From the NCBI RefSeq assembly GCF_006345805.1, contig NC_043000.1, forward strand, positions 123,814,001 through 123,878,000: a DNA stretch of 64,000 nt, read 5' to 3'. The stretch's first letter is position 1, and the number at the start of each line of letters is the position of its first letter. Of the stretch, positions 52,623-64,000 are shown in pieces. This stretch comes from Octopus sinensis (taxonomy: Eukaryota). The translations under genes were made by a program, and so were the position numbers. The notes under the pieces were generated by a model. That model ran no database searches. It worked only from the letters and a program-made list of their open reading frames with translations, and was not told the DNA's origin.

Positions 52623-54039
52623 GCTAGTAGTATTCCATTAGAAACACCAAAGAAATCCGCAACGACAATAACAACCACAAAAAGACGAATTGTTCACACG
52701 TCGATAATAACAAAACCAACAATCATAACAATACAAACGGATAACAACAACGAGACAAAAACGATAAAAAAAAACCCTGGATTGGAAGCAAAAAAAAAAA
52801 AGGCAGAGCAATAAAAATCAAATGAAGCGACGGCAACAACAGCGTGAGCAACATGTAGGAACAAAATTGTGATTGTTAGCAACAATAACAAGAGTTGAAA
52901 CATTAACTCCAAAAACGACAACCACTGCTACTACTATGTTAAGAAGTAAGGTTGAACATTTACGGCAGAACCCAAGGGACCCGATTCCATGCAAACCATT
53001 AGTTGCTATCTCGTCTCGTCATTACACAGGCATCAACAACACCTTTTTTTTTTTTTTCTTGCTTATATTTCTGTTCTTGTCCTTGCCAACAACAGCATCC
53101 GCTTCTACTCCCCCTAACTTGGTTACTACTACAAAACAACTCTGCTATTTCTTGAATTCTTCTAGGAGGAAAGCAGAAGGAATTTTCTGCTTTTCTCTCT
53201 TTTTACTCTTTTAGTCTTTTACTAAGTTTCAGTCATTTGACTGTGGCCATGATGGAGCAACGCCTTTAGGCGAGCAAATCGACCCCCCCCCCACTACCCC
53301 AGGACTTATTCTTTGTAAGCCTAGTACTTATTCTGTCGGTTACTTTTGCCGAACCGCTAGCTACGGGTACATAAGCACACCAGCATCAGTTGTCAAACGA
53401 TGTTGGGGTGACAAACACAGACGCACAAAGATACATACATACATACATACATACATACATACATACATACATACATACATACATACATACATACATACAT
53501 ACATACATACACACACACGCACACACACATATACTGTTGTGTCTGGGGAGAGTCATTTTCTTTTTGTGTCTTATAATTTAACTCATAAAGAATCTTGCAA
53601 ACCAAATCCAAAAACGAAATGTGTGTGTGTGTGTGTGTGTGTGTGTATGCGTGCGTGCGTGTTTCCGTCTATCAAATTCATTCACAAGGCTTTGGTCAAC
53701 CTGAGGCTATAGTAGAAGATACTTGCTCAAGGTGTCACGCAGTGGGACTGAACCCAGAACCATGTGGTTGGTAAGCAAGCTACTTACCACGCGGCCACTC
53801 TCTGTCTATCTTATATTTTATTTTGTGAAAAAAATTCCATTGAATTCCAACAACAGCTGTACTCCATACAGACGACTCAGCAAAACCAGGCAACATTGAT
53901 ACAAAGGCTGACACCTGGACTTACAGGGCACGTACAACAAATACAGACAGCCCAGCAGACCGAATATCCAGTCAGCACAGTCCCAGCAACTACAACAGTC
54001 TTGCCAACAATAGGGCAGATGTATCCGGTACAACAAGCA

Positions 54040-57000
54040 TAATAACAGCAAATATCCAGGGTCTTTATCCGAAAACAAAACAGTGTAAAGTCCCTTCTTG
54101 GAAGAATAGCAACAGAAAACAACTCCAAAATAATTGGAATTACTGAAAGTCATCTCAACGAAACATCCGCAACAGCGAAATCACAATCAATAGATTCAAC
54201 ATCTTCAGATGTGATAGACAAGGCAGATCCCATGGGGCGTTATCATGTATATCCATGATACCTATGCATGCATAGAACTTGTCAATGATCAATGCCTACT
54301 GCAACCTGCTGTGCATAAAAATCATCCAACTTATACAGTTGTAACAATAATGTACAGACCGCCAAACAGCCCATTTATCCTTCACTGAGCCACTGACGAA
54401 GCTCCAACAAATTCTGGGAAACATGGCAAGCCCAATGCCAGACATTATCCTCCTTGGTGACTTCAACTTCCCTAACATCATCTGCCACATGGACACATAC
54501 TAAAACTGGGGACAAAGCTGAACAAATACAGGCAGCCAAACGTTGGAAGTCACAGAGAAATTATACCTCAAACAAATGATGACAGAAGCAACAAGAAATA
54601 ATAATACGATCGACTTGGTTTTCACCAACAACGAGGACACGCTATTTGACCTTCACTCAACCCCAACAATCCTTTCAGACCACAATATTATTGAAATGGC
54701 ATTTACACATTGGTAATGAGCCCAATGCCACAACTCTTAAACAAAAGGACATGCCAAAGCTATGCAGGTATGATTATCACCAGGCAAATTGGGAACTATT
54801 AACAACCAGTTACAAATCATTGACTGGGATCTCTACCTTACTGGGCCAGATAACACAAGAAATTCTTAAACAAGATCGAAGAAATATGTGAAAAAAATGT
54901 TCCTCTAAAGAACCAAGTCCACAAAAAAACCTGTACCACGGAGCGAAAGATCCTGATGCGCAAAAGGTCAAGACTAAGAAACAAAACATCTAAGCTGACA
55001 TCAAAACATGAATTACAGAAAGTCCTTGACCAATATACAGATTAGAAGACAATCTAAAACAACACTATGATGAAGAACGTAACAATGCAAAAAGAAAGAA
55101 AGCCATAGAAAACATCAAGAAAAATCCAAAATGTTTCTACAGTTTTGCAAAGAAATACTCGAACACCAAGTCAACAATAGGACCTCTCCAGAGACAAAAT
55201 GGGGATGTAGTGAATAACCTATTGAAATGGCAGAAGTTGGGTCAACAGTATGAAAGTGTCTTCAGTGAGCCATCTAAAACCATGAAGATCCATGACCCAG
55301 GAAAATTCTTCAAGGATATCGACCATACTAAACCTACCCTATCCGACATTGATTTCAACCCAGAAGACATAGCAAGAGCAATAGACAAGCTCTCCATGCA
55401 CTCGGCTGCGGGGCCTGACGGTTTCAATGCCATGATACTTAAAAACTGCAGCAAGGCACAATTGTCGAAACCCCTTTACATGATATGGAGGGAATCTATG
55501 GAGAATGGCAAAATACCAAATACATATAAAGAAGCACACATAACTCCAATACATAAAGGGGAATAGCAAATCAAAACCAAAGAACTACCGACCAATCTCA
55601 CTGACATCACACATTATCAAGGTCTTCGAAAGAATAGTTCGTGGAAAACTGGTTGAGTTCCTGGAATCCAACAATCTGATGAATTGCAACCAGCATGGAT
55701 TCAGGTTAGGTAGATCATGCCTTTCCCAACTACTGGCACACCATGACCAAATCCTAGAAAATCTAGAGAATGGATACAACACAGATGTTATCTACCTCGA
55801 CTTTGCCAAGGCATTTGACAAGGTAGATCATGGCATCCTGGTCACAAACTTCGAAAGCTAGGAGTAGGAGGAAAAGTTGGTACATGGATACACGAGTTCC
55901 TTACAAATAGAACTCAAACAGTCACTGTGAATGGAACCCATTCAACACCATCACCTGTGACCAGCAGTGTTCCTCAGGGTACAGTACTACTCGGCCCAAT
56001 CCTGTTTCTCATCCTCATCTCTGACATAGATGAAGATACAACCAGCAACGTCTCATCCTTTGCTGATGACCAGGGTCATGAGACAAATCAAAGACGAGGT
56101 GGATACAGAGGCCTTACAAAAGGACCTGACCACCATATATAAATGGCAGGAAACAAACAACATGTTGTTCAATGATAAGAAGTTTGAACTAATTCGCTAC
56201 GGAACAGATCAAGATCTGAAAAATACAACAAACTACAGAAACCCATCAGGACAACAAATAATGGAAAAACGTATGTGAAAGATTTAGGCATCCACATGGG
56301 AACCAACCTAAAATTCAGAGAACACCTTGACTCAGTCTGTCTTACTGCAAAAAGTACAGCGGGTGGATCTTGCGCACCTTCAAATCAAGAGATACCTCAA
56401 CAATGAAAACCCTCTGGAACAGTATGATACTTCCGAGGATTGACTACTGTTCTCAGTTGGTCACCAACAACAAAGGGCCAACTATCTAAGATAGAATCGC
56501 TCCAAAGAAATTTTACCTCATACTTCTCAGAAACGAGGGACCTGGACTATTGGCAAAGACTCAAAACCTTGAGGATGTACTCAATAGAAAGAAGATTTGA
56601 GCGATACCGAATTATATACATTTGGAAAATGATAGAGCAGAAGGTGCCAAACTTGGTATCAAAACCTACCACACTCACTGCGCCACGGAAGACGCTGCCA
56701 GCTGCACCAATCAACAAAAAGGCTGGCCAGGCAGCAAAAACCCTGCGAGAATCAAGTCTGTTGGTTAGGAGCACAACTGTTCAACTCCATTCCGGTACAT
56801 GTCAGAAATATATCAGGATGCAGTGTGGAATCATTCAAATTGCAACTGGATAGATACTTAAGCACCATTAGAGATGAACCCCATCTCCCAGGATATACAC
56901 AACGAGCACAAACTGACTCAAACTCGCTCCTACACATGTCAAATTTAAGCAGAGAATACAACCTGGCAACCACACCAGACTCTGAGGGTGGAGTCTTCGA

Positions 57001-57048
57001 CTTGGCCTGAGCATGGACTCAAACCCAAATGAAATGAAATGAAATGAA
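54040..57048 (+). mobile_element. Decayed CR1/L2-group LINE ORF2 with (GAAAT)n tail
   Basis: EN remnants GITESHL, LLGDFNFP, TIDLVFTNN. RT remnants NYRPISLTS, QHGFRLGRSCLSQLL, YLDFAKAFDKVDH, VPQGTV..GP, SFADD. Many stops and frameshifts. Gln-rich 53850-54042 may be an ORF1 remnant. Confidence 0.88.
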
Positions 57049-57955
57049 GTATAGAGATATTGTTTGTTATTTTATATTTATTTATTGGTTTCTTTTTTGG
57101 ACTCGGTAGAGCATTGGTGAATACCTTGCAGTTTTTACCCACGTCCTTTGTGAGGTCAATTTAATCAACTCTACCATAGCTTTGCGAAATCTGTTACATT
57201 ATCTTATCTTTTTATTTGTGTCAGTCATTGGACTGCGGCCATGCTGGGACACCGCCTTTAAGGGTTTAGTCAAACAAATCGACCCTAGTACTTATCTTTT
57301 ATTTTAATTTTATTATTATTTTTAGAGCCTCGTACTTATTCTATCTGGCTCTTTTGCTGAAAGTTAAGGAATCGTAAACAAACCAACACCGGTTGCCAAG
57401 TGGTGAGGCTATAAACAAACACAAAGACAGACACACACATACATATATATATATACATGCACACACACGCACGCACACGCGATAGGCTTCCACACAATTT
57501 CCGTCAACAAAATTCACTCACAAGGCATCAATCGGCCCGGGGCTATATTAGAAGCTACTTGTGCAAGGTCCCGCGCAGTATGTATGAACCCGAAACAACC
57601 TGGTTGCAAAGCAAGCTTTTTAACCCCACACCCATGCCCGCGCATTTTGGTTAAAACAGAAATTATCTTTTGAAGGCGGTGATCTGGCAGAAACGTTAGC
57701 ACGCCGGGCTAAATGCTTAGCGATATTTCGTCTGCCGTTACGTTCTGAGTTCAAATTCCGCCGAGGTCGACTTCGTCTTTTATCCTTTCAGGGTCGATAA
57801 ATTAAGTACCAGTTACGCACTGGGGTCGATGTAATCGACCTAATCTCTTTGTCTGTCCTTGTTTGTCCCCTCTATAAGAAATTAGAAACTATCTATATGC
57901 TATGTAACCGGTTTTAGCCTTCAAATAACGCCACCCCGCTGGCTAAGCGAGCAGG

Positions 57956-57998
<43 letters not shown>

Positions 57999-58040
57999 AA
58001 TCTCGAACGAGAGGTATAAACAGTAGCTGCACGACAATGT

Positions 58041-58457
58041 GAAGTATACTGTCACTTAAATGTGGCTAACCACTAAGGGTGGATGCTACTGTAGCTTGTA
58101 GCCCCAGGAGAACATCTTCTCCAGCTGGCTATTGACACACTTCCTGTGCCCTATCAGTATTTGCAAAGGGAAGCCATCATTTTGTCACTGGAAAAAGGAT
58201 ATATGTGTTTACATTGGGACTCCTTCGCATCGAAGACCGGTGATTGTCGTGCGCTGACGACGGGTAAATAGCCAAAAGCTTGGGTCCGTGCGTATCACGT
58301 CAGGTCGACGATGGGAAGGATGACTTCCCTTTTCAAATACTGATAGGGCTCAGAAAGTGTGTCAATAGCCAGCTGGTGAAGATGTACTCCTGGGGCTACA
58401 AGCTACAGTAGCATCCACCCTTAGTGGTTAGCCACATTTAAGTGGCAAATGTACTTC
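58041..58457. repeat. Fold-back element with ~130-bp arms
   Basis: cacttaaatgtggctaaccactaagggtggatgctactgtagcttgtagccccagg.. and its reverse complement. About 150-bp CpG-containing loop, flanked by (TA)n. Confidence 0.88.
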
Positions 58458-58728
58458 ATATATATATATATATATATATATATAACGGGAAGCTTTATGA
58501 AAATAAACAAAAGACGAAGGCAGGTGGAATACAACCAAACAATTGTATTAGTATGGCGCTCAGGAATATAAATAAAACAAGTCTTTTACGTTTCAAGCCT
58601 ACGCTCTTCAACAGAAAGATACACAGAAAAGAAACAAGGGGAGAAACAAGGAGAGAGAAAAAAATGCGTGCAGAAGCTAGCGAATCAACATATATATATA
58701 TATTATTATTATTATTATTATTATTATT

Positions 58729-60238
58729 TTCTTTTATCACAGGTTTTGTTGTAGCTCCTGGAGTGTTGCATGAGTAGCGGGCTTACTACTTGCAGCCTAC
58801 GGTACCAAGCTATTCGTTCCTTTCAGCTATCTAAAACTTTCCTGATTATTCTGGCCGTGCCAAAGAGGCAAACCTTTTGTAACAGTTCTACCGGGCGCTC
58901 TATTCCAATTTCCTTTATATTCCTCTTGATGCCTTCTCATACTGTTCCCAAGAACCCAACAATAATTGGCACTATTTTCACCGTCTTCATTTTCCATAGC
59001 CGGGCCATTTCGTACTTAAGAGGGTCGTACATATCTATCTTTTCGCCTTCCTTATTGATTATTCGTGAGGAAAAGGAGCATCCAACGTCAACTATATAGC
59101 ATATATGGTGCACCTTGTCCACCGTCACTAGATCTGATCTGTTATGCTCTAGCATCTGAATTGTTTGGCTAGGGAAATCCCAGAGGATTTTCCTAGTTTC
59201 CGACTCTATCACTCTCTGCAGTTTGTGTTTATACCACGTCTTGCCTCTCTGTAGCCCCAACTTTTCGCACAGTTTCCAATGCAGCACTTTCGCTACTTGG
59301 TCGTGTCGCCACAACTTGTAGTGGTTTGGGGGAAAGTCTAGGGCATTCGTTCGTGATATAGACAATGGTTTCATCGACACTATTGTAGATGCAGCACCAG
59401 CTCATTCCGCCTGTTGATCCTCCAGTTCGTGGCCAGCGATTGGACTTGCGCTGCCAGTATAGTGCTCTCTTTTTTTAGGGTTCCTTTCATCAGCCAATCC
59501 CACCTATTTTTTCCAGCAACTTCTGTTGTGGCTACAAGGAACTTATTGTGAAGTCCTTTCTTGCGTAATTCTTCTTCATGTCCTTTTTGTATTTCTTCCT
59601 TTGTTTTCCCATTTTTATTTTCTGCTCTCAATATTCCCTCGTTCCTAACTGTCACTAGCAAGATTTCCTTACTTTGGACTAGGTATCTCATTAAGCTCTC
59701 GAATTCGATATGCACGCAGTCTTCCACACTTATCAGTCCCCTTCCTCCATTTGCTATCTTCATGTATAGGCGATCAGTGTCTGCGCGTGGATGATGGGTT
59801 CCATGTATCATTAAGAGCTTTTGTGACTTCTTTCCTATCTCTTCTAGCTCCTCCTCTGTCCACTTCAGGATTCCAGCGCCATAACGAGCTACTGCGACTG
59901 CGCGCGAGTTTATTGCCGAAATTATGTTTCTGGCGTTCAGATTTGACGTCAATATTTTTTCTCACTCGCCGCAGGTACTCTCTGTCTTTTCCTTCGTGTC
60001 GTGGTATTTGATTCCATCTGCCTTGAGTATTCCCAGGTATTTATAGCTGGATGGAGGTTGAATTGCCTTCATCATTTCACAACTTGGCAACCATATGCTT
60101 TCTGTCTTGGCAAGCTTTCCTCATCTCATCACCATCGTAACACATTTTGAGAATCCAAACGCCATCTTAATATCATTGGGAAAAATCCGCACAGACTGGA
60201 CTAGGCTGTCCAGTTCAGCCTCACTTTTTGTGAATAGC

Positions 60239-60243
<5 letters not shown>
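58729..60243 (-). mobile_element. 5'-truncated R4/Dong-like non-LTR retrotransposon (restriction-like endonuclease type)
   Basis: KLFTKSEAELDSLV..FG.SKC (late RT), YKYLGI, NIISAINSRAV, RHDQVAKVLHW, KILWDF..EHNRSDL..VDVGC..KYEM, VPIIVGFLGTV. Flanked by (AAT)n on both sides. Confidence 0.8.
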
Positions 60244-60279
<36 letters not shown>

Positions 60280-60285
60280 CATTAT

Positions 60286-60330
<45 letters not shown>

Positions 60331-60505
60331 CATTGTTGCTGTTGTTGTTGTTGTTGTTAATATTATTATTATTATCATCATCATTATTAATACTATTATT
60401 CAAGCTGTCAGAACTATTAGCATGCCAGACAAAATGCTTAGTAGCCTTTCATCTATCTTTATGTCCTAAGTTCAAATGACACAAGGTCAGCATTGCCTTT
60501 CATCC

Positions 60506-60558
<53 letters not shown>

Positions 60559-60571
60559 ATCGTCTTCATCA

Positions 60572-60960
60572 AGGCGGCGAGCTGGCAGAAACGTTAGCGA
60601 GCCGGGCGAAATGTTTAGCGGTATTTCGTCTGCCGCTACGTTCTGAGTTCAAATTCCGCCGAGGTCGACTTTGCTTTTCATCCTTTCGGGGTCAATTAAA
60701 TAAGTACCAGTTACGCACTGGGTCGATATAATCGACTTCATCCGTTTGTCTGTCCTTGTTTGTTCCCTCTGTGTTTAGCCCCTTGTGGGCAGTAAAGAAA
60801 TAGGTATTTCGCCCGTCGCTACGTTCTGAGTTCAAATTCCGCCGAGGTCGACTTTGTCTTTCATCCCTTTCGAGATCGATAAAATAAGTACCAGTCGAAC
60901 AGTTGGGTCGATGTAATAGACTTAACCCCACCGCCATAAATTGCTGGTCTTGTGCCAAAA
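60572..60960 (+). mobile_element. SINE family B, tandem dimer
   Basis: ggcggcgagctggcagaaacgttagc..gagttcaaattccgccgaggtcgac..ccccttgtgggcagtaaagaaatag, followed by a second partial unit. Other copies at 57674-57885(+), 63818-64000(+), 22405-22815(-), 41965-42360(-) and 16585-16792(-). Confidence 0.8.
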
Positions 60961-61859
60961 TTTGAAGCCATTGTTATTATTATTGCTAACAGAAACGTTA
61001 GCACGCCGGTCAAAATGCGTAGCGGCATTTCTTCCGTTCGGGTTCAAATTTCATCGAGGTCTCCTTAGCTTTCCATCCTTTCGAGGTCGATATAATCTCT
61101 TAGAACAATTCCCTTGTGCCTATAGCAGAAAGGATTATTGTAATTATTATTCAGCAGTCTTATTTTTATCGCGTGCATTACCCAGCGCAGTTTCAATATG
61201 CAGTTAACTGGGGAATTTTTTGTTGAAATTAATATGTAAGTAATTACTAATACGGCTATTTTATACGAGACGTTTAGTAACAGGGTGTTGTAAGCGCCGC
61301 CCCAGCCATTTTCGAGGTTAGTATATCATTTTCTTTGTCTCGACGTCTAGAATACGAAAGAGTTGGGAGAAAGAACCGGTGAGGTTTGCAAAAAGGTCGA
61401 AAATCCGGCTGGAAAAAATTGTACCTCGACGCTACTGACACGACGCTCAGTCACTCAAACTCGGACCAGAGAGTTTAGTAACACACCATCGTAAGCACAC
61501 ACGCTCAATCAATAACTTTGGTGTGGTCCCTGTATCATTTTTCGAGGTGTTATCGCTTATTTTCCGATATTCCTTGTTAACATCGTAACGATAATGGGCT
61601 ATTATCTTACTATCTTATCTTACTTACCTCTTAAAGATACTTACTTCGATGTATTAAAGCACAAACAATACTTTAGGGATGAGGGGTCTCTGTATGTTTT
61701 TTCTAGGTATTATGGCTAAAATATGCAATGCGATACACCGTTTCGTAGTATTGGTATATTCTACAAAATGAGAAAGACGCAGTCATTGTTTCACCTTTCA
61801 GATGGATACATAAATATATAAATTTTACATAGGTAGAATGATTAGAGGAGGTCTTCACA

Positions 61860-62730
61860 GTCATTTTAAAACTAAAACCAACTTCCTAAATTCATTCCTT
61901 GCTGAGATATCGCATTCTGAAAGTCGCAAAACTTTGACTACGTTTTTCTCGGTTTTTAAGTTGTGACGCTTACGACGGTCTGTTACTAAACACCTCATAT
62001 GTTGTGTATATTTGTAAATACTGGAAGTTTTGTGATGTAGGGGTCTGCATATAATATGTTGTCCTTTTATCGTTCCCAAAGAACCTATTATTGTTATTGA
62101 GACCATTTCAGTTTTTAGTTCCCACGTTCGGGTTACCATTATTTCTACATATTGTTATTTGTATAATTTTCTCCATTTCTTTTAAAGATATCATCAATTG
62201 AGAATGATATATCAATTACAAAGTACTTTCTTTCCTGATGGCCTTTTACAAAAATATCTAATCGATTAACTTTGCTCTGTGTGTGCTTTGGCATATCCAT
62301 CGCATGGTTGCTTTGTCATTATCTAAAACCTTTTCTGATGTATGCTAATAGCAACTCTTTTCTCTTGGTAGTTCATATTATTGTCGTAACGTCGGGTGTA
62401 TGTATATCCAATTCTGTCGTGCCTGTAAATATATTCTCTTTTGGCTAAGATAACAGTAAACAGTTTCTTCCCCGTCTCTAAACTTCCTGCAATTACTATA
62501 TTCTGCTTCATTGCATGCTTTTAGTGGTTCCTAGTGTGATGACTTTGACCGTGTAGCTTTTGCCTGCTTTGCATAATCGTGCGACCTGCAAAAAACAGCT
62601 GCCATATTTCTTTCAAACACGTTTTTACTATCTTAAAAAGAGAAGGGTGCATTGGTCAGTGTCTTAGTTCAACAAAAATTGCGGAATGGCCACAGCTGGA
62701 TGGAAAGCTTGTTTTATCGTAAATCCGATC
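61860..62730 (-). mobile_element. Highly decayed R4/Dong-like C-terminal fragment
   Basis: Remnants WQ..QKLHGQ, ILAKREYIYRHDRIG and TWELKTEMVSITIIGSLGTIK across shifting frames. Confidence 0.6.
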
Positions 62731-62749
62731 AACCAGGAACGGCTTGGGA

Positions 62750-63022
62750 TTGAAGAAGAAGAAGAAGAAGAAGAAGAAGAAGAAGAAGAAGAAGAAGGGA
62801 GGGAGAGGAGGAGGAGAGGGGAAGGAAGAAGATGAGGGGAGGGGTGAAGATGGGGGAGGGGAAGGGGAGAAGAAAAAAGAAGAAAAAGAAAAAGAAATAG
62901 AAGAAATAGTAGTAGTAGTAGAAGAAGAAGAAGAAGAAGAAGAAGAAGAAGAAGAAGAAGAAGAACAACAACAACAACAACAACAACAACTACTACTACT
63001 ACTACTATACTACTACTACTAC
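62750..63022. repeat. Compound (GAA)n/(CAA)n/(CTA)n microsatellite
   Basis: Directly visible. Confidence 0.9.
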
Positions 63023-63039
63023 AAGATAAAAGATTCTCT

Positions 63040-63310
63040 GTCCGAGTGAAAGGCAGATTGTATGAAGCTTACGTGCGAAGTTATAACGTTGCTTGGTAAC
63101 GAAACATGAATATTAAATGCAAAGGATGTGTGATGGAAGAAAAGAAATGAGGCAAGCAAGTTCCATTGGGTGTGTCGATGTTAGCGTGCGTGAACGAAGA
63201 AGAAGAAATGAGATGAGAGGGAAACTAGGTGTACGAAGAAGTCAGATGTATTGCATAAGAAAGAAGACTCTACTCGCATGGATATGTGATAAGTATAGAT
63301 AATGTTGAGT
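63040..63310 (+). mobile_element. Decayed RTE C-terminal fragment
   Basis: LYEAYVRS..ETW..RNEMRGKLGV..TLLAW remnants. Confidence 0.45.
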
Positions 63311-63345
63311 ACAGAGCCGTCGAGCAATCTAAGTAAATAATTATA

Positions 63346-63524
63346 GGCGTAGGAGTGGCTGTGTGGTAAGTAGCCTGCTTACGAACCACACGGTTCCGGG
63401 TTCAGTCCCACTGCGTGGCACCTCGGACAAGTGTCTTTTACTATAACCTCAGGCCGACCAAAGCCTTGTGAGTGGATTTGGTAGACGGAAACTGAAAGAA
63501 GCCCGTCGTATATATGTATATATG

Positions 63525-63578
<54 letters not shown>

Positions 63579-63814
63579 GTGCATGTGTATATTTTTGTGT
63601 GTCTGTGTTTGTCCCCCCCCCCCAACATCGCTTGACAACCGATGCGGGTGTGTTTACGTCCCCGTAACTTAGCGGTTCGGCAAAAGAGTCCGATAGAATA
63701 AGTACTAGGCTTACAAAAAATAAGTCCTGGAGTCGATTTGCTCGACTAAGGGCGGTGCTCCAGCATGGCCACAGTCAAGTGACTAAAACAAGTAAAAGAA
63801 TAAAGAGTAAAAGA
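63346..63814 (+). mobile_element. SINE family A, full-length (tRNA-derived head, ccttgggcaag-type core, internal microsatellite, (GTAAAAGA)n tail)
   Basis: Head ggcgtaggagtggctgtgtggtaag..gggttcagtccc. Matches many other copies in the window. Confidence 0.85.
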
Positions 63815-64000
63815 ATCAAGGCGATGAGCTGGCAGAATCGTTAGCACACCGCGCAAAATGTTTAGCGGCGTTTCGATCATCTTTACGTTCTGAAAATCCA
63901 AATTCGCCCAACATCGACTTTGCCTTTAATCCTTTCGTGGGCAATAAAATAAGTAGCAGTTGAATACTGGAATCGATGTAATCGACTTACCCCCATCCTC

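Noticed and set aside
1-64000. CRISPR arrays, rRNA genes or prokaryotic operons
   Set aside because: No regularly spaced repeat-spacer arrays, rRNA motifs or gene-dense tracts. The sequence is eukaryotic intronic and intergenic DNA.

Overview
AT-rich, repeat-dense animal genomic DNA with no prokaryotic features. The repeat landscape (tRNA-derived SINEs, RTE tails ending in (GAT)n, dense (TA)n/(CA)n/(CAT)n microsatellites) looks like an octopus (coleoid cephalopod) genome; this is an inference from pattern recognition. Most ORFs in the supplied track are microsatellite read-throughs. Host genes, both on the minus strand: (1) a multi-exon gene that the ORF track misses, with four clear LDL-receptor class A (LDLa) exons (20266-20113, 15326-15210, 3112-2975, 715-~572), a Cys/Thr-rich exon (26554-26399) and weaker upstream candidates; (2) a single-exon Asn-rich single-pass membrane protein (47593-46703) whose probable cytoplasmic tail continues one base out of frame (46694-46392). 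Mobile elements: a 5'-truncated RTE LINE with a PHD finger inside its RT region, a decayed CR1/L2-group LINE, R4/Dong-like fragments in (TAA)n, a Tx1/L1-like 3' end, a Penelope RT remnant, a deleted Tc1, mariner and pogo-type MITEs, three SINE families and many fold-back elements. The most interesting signal is a short repeat whose three copies give a minimal hammerhead-ribozyme consensus; one copy sits behind a tRNA-like Pol III head. All alignments were done by eye, and repeat boundaries are approximate.
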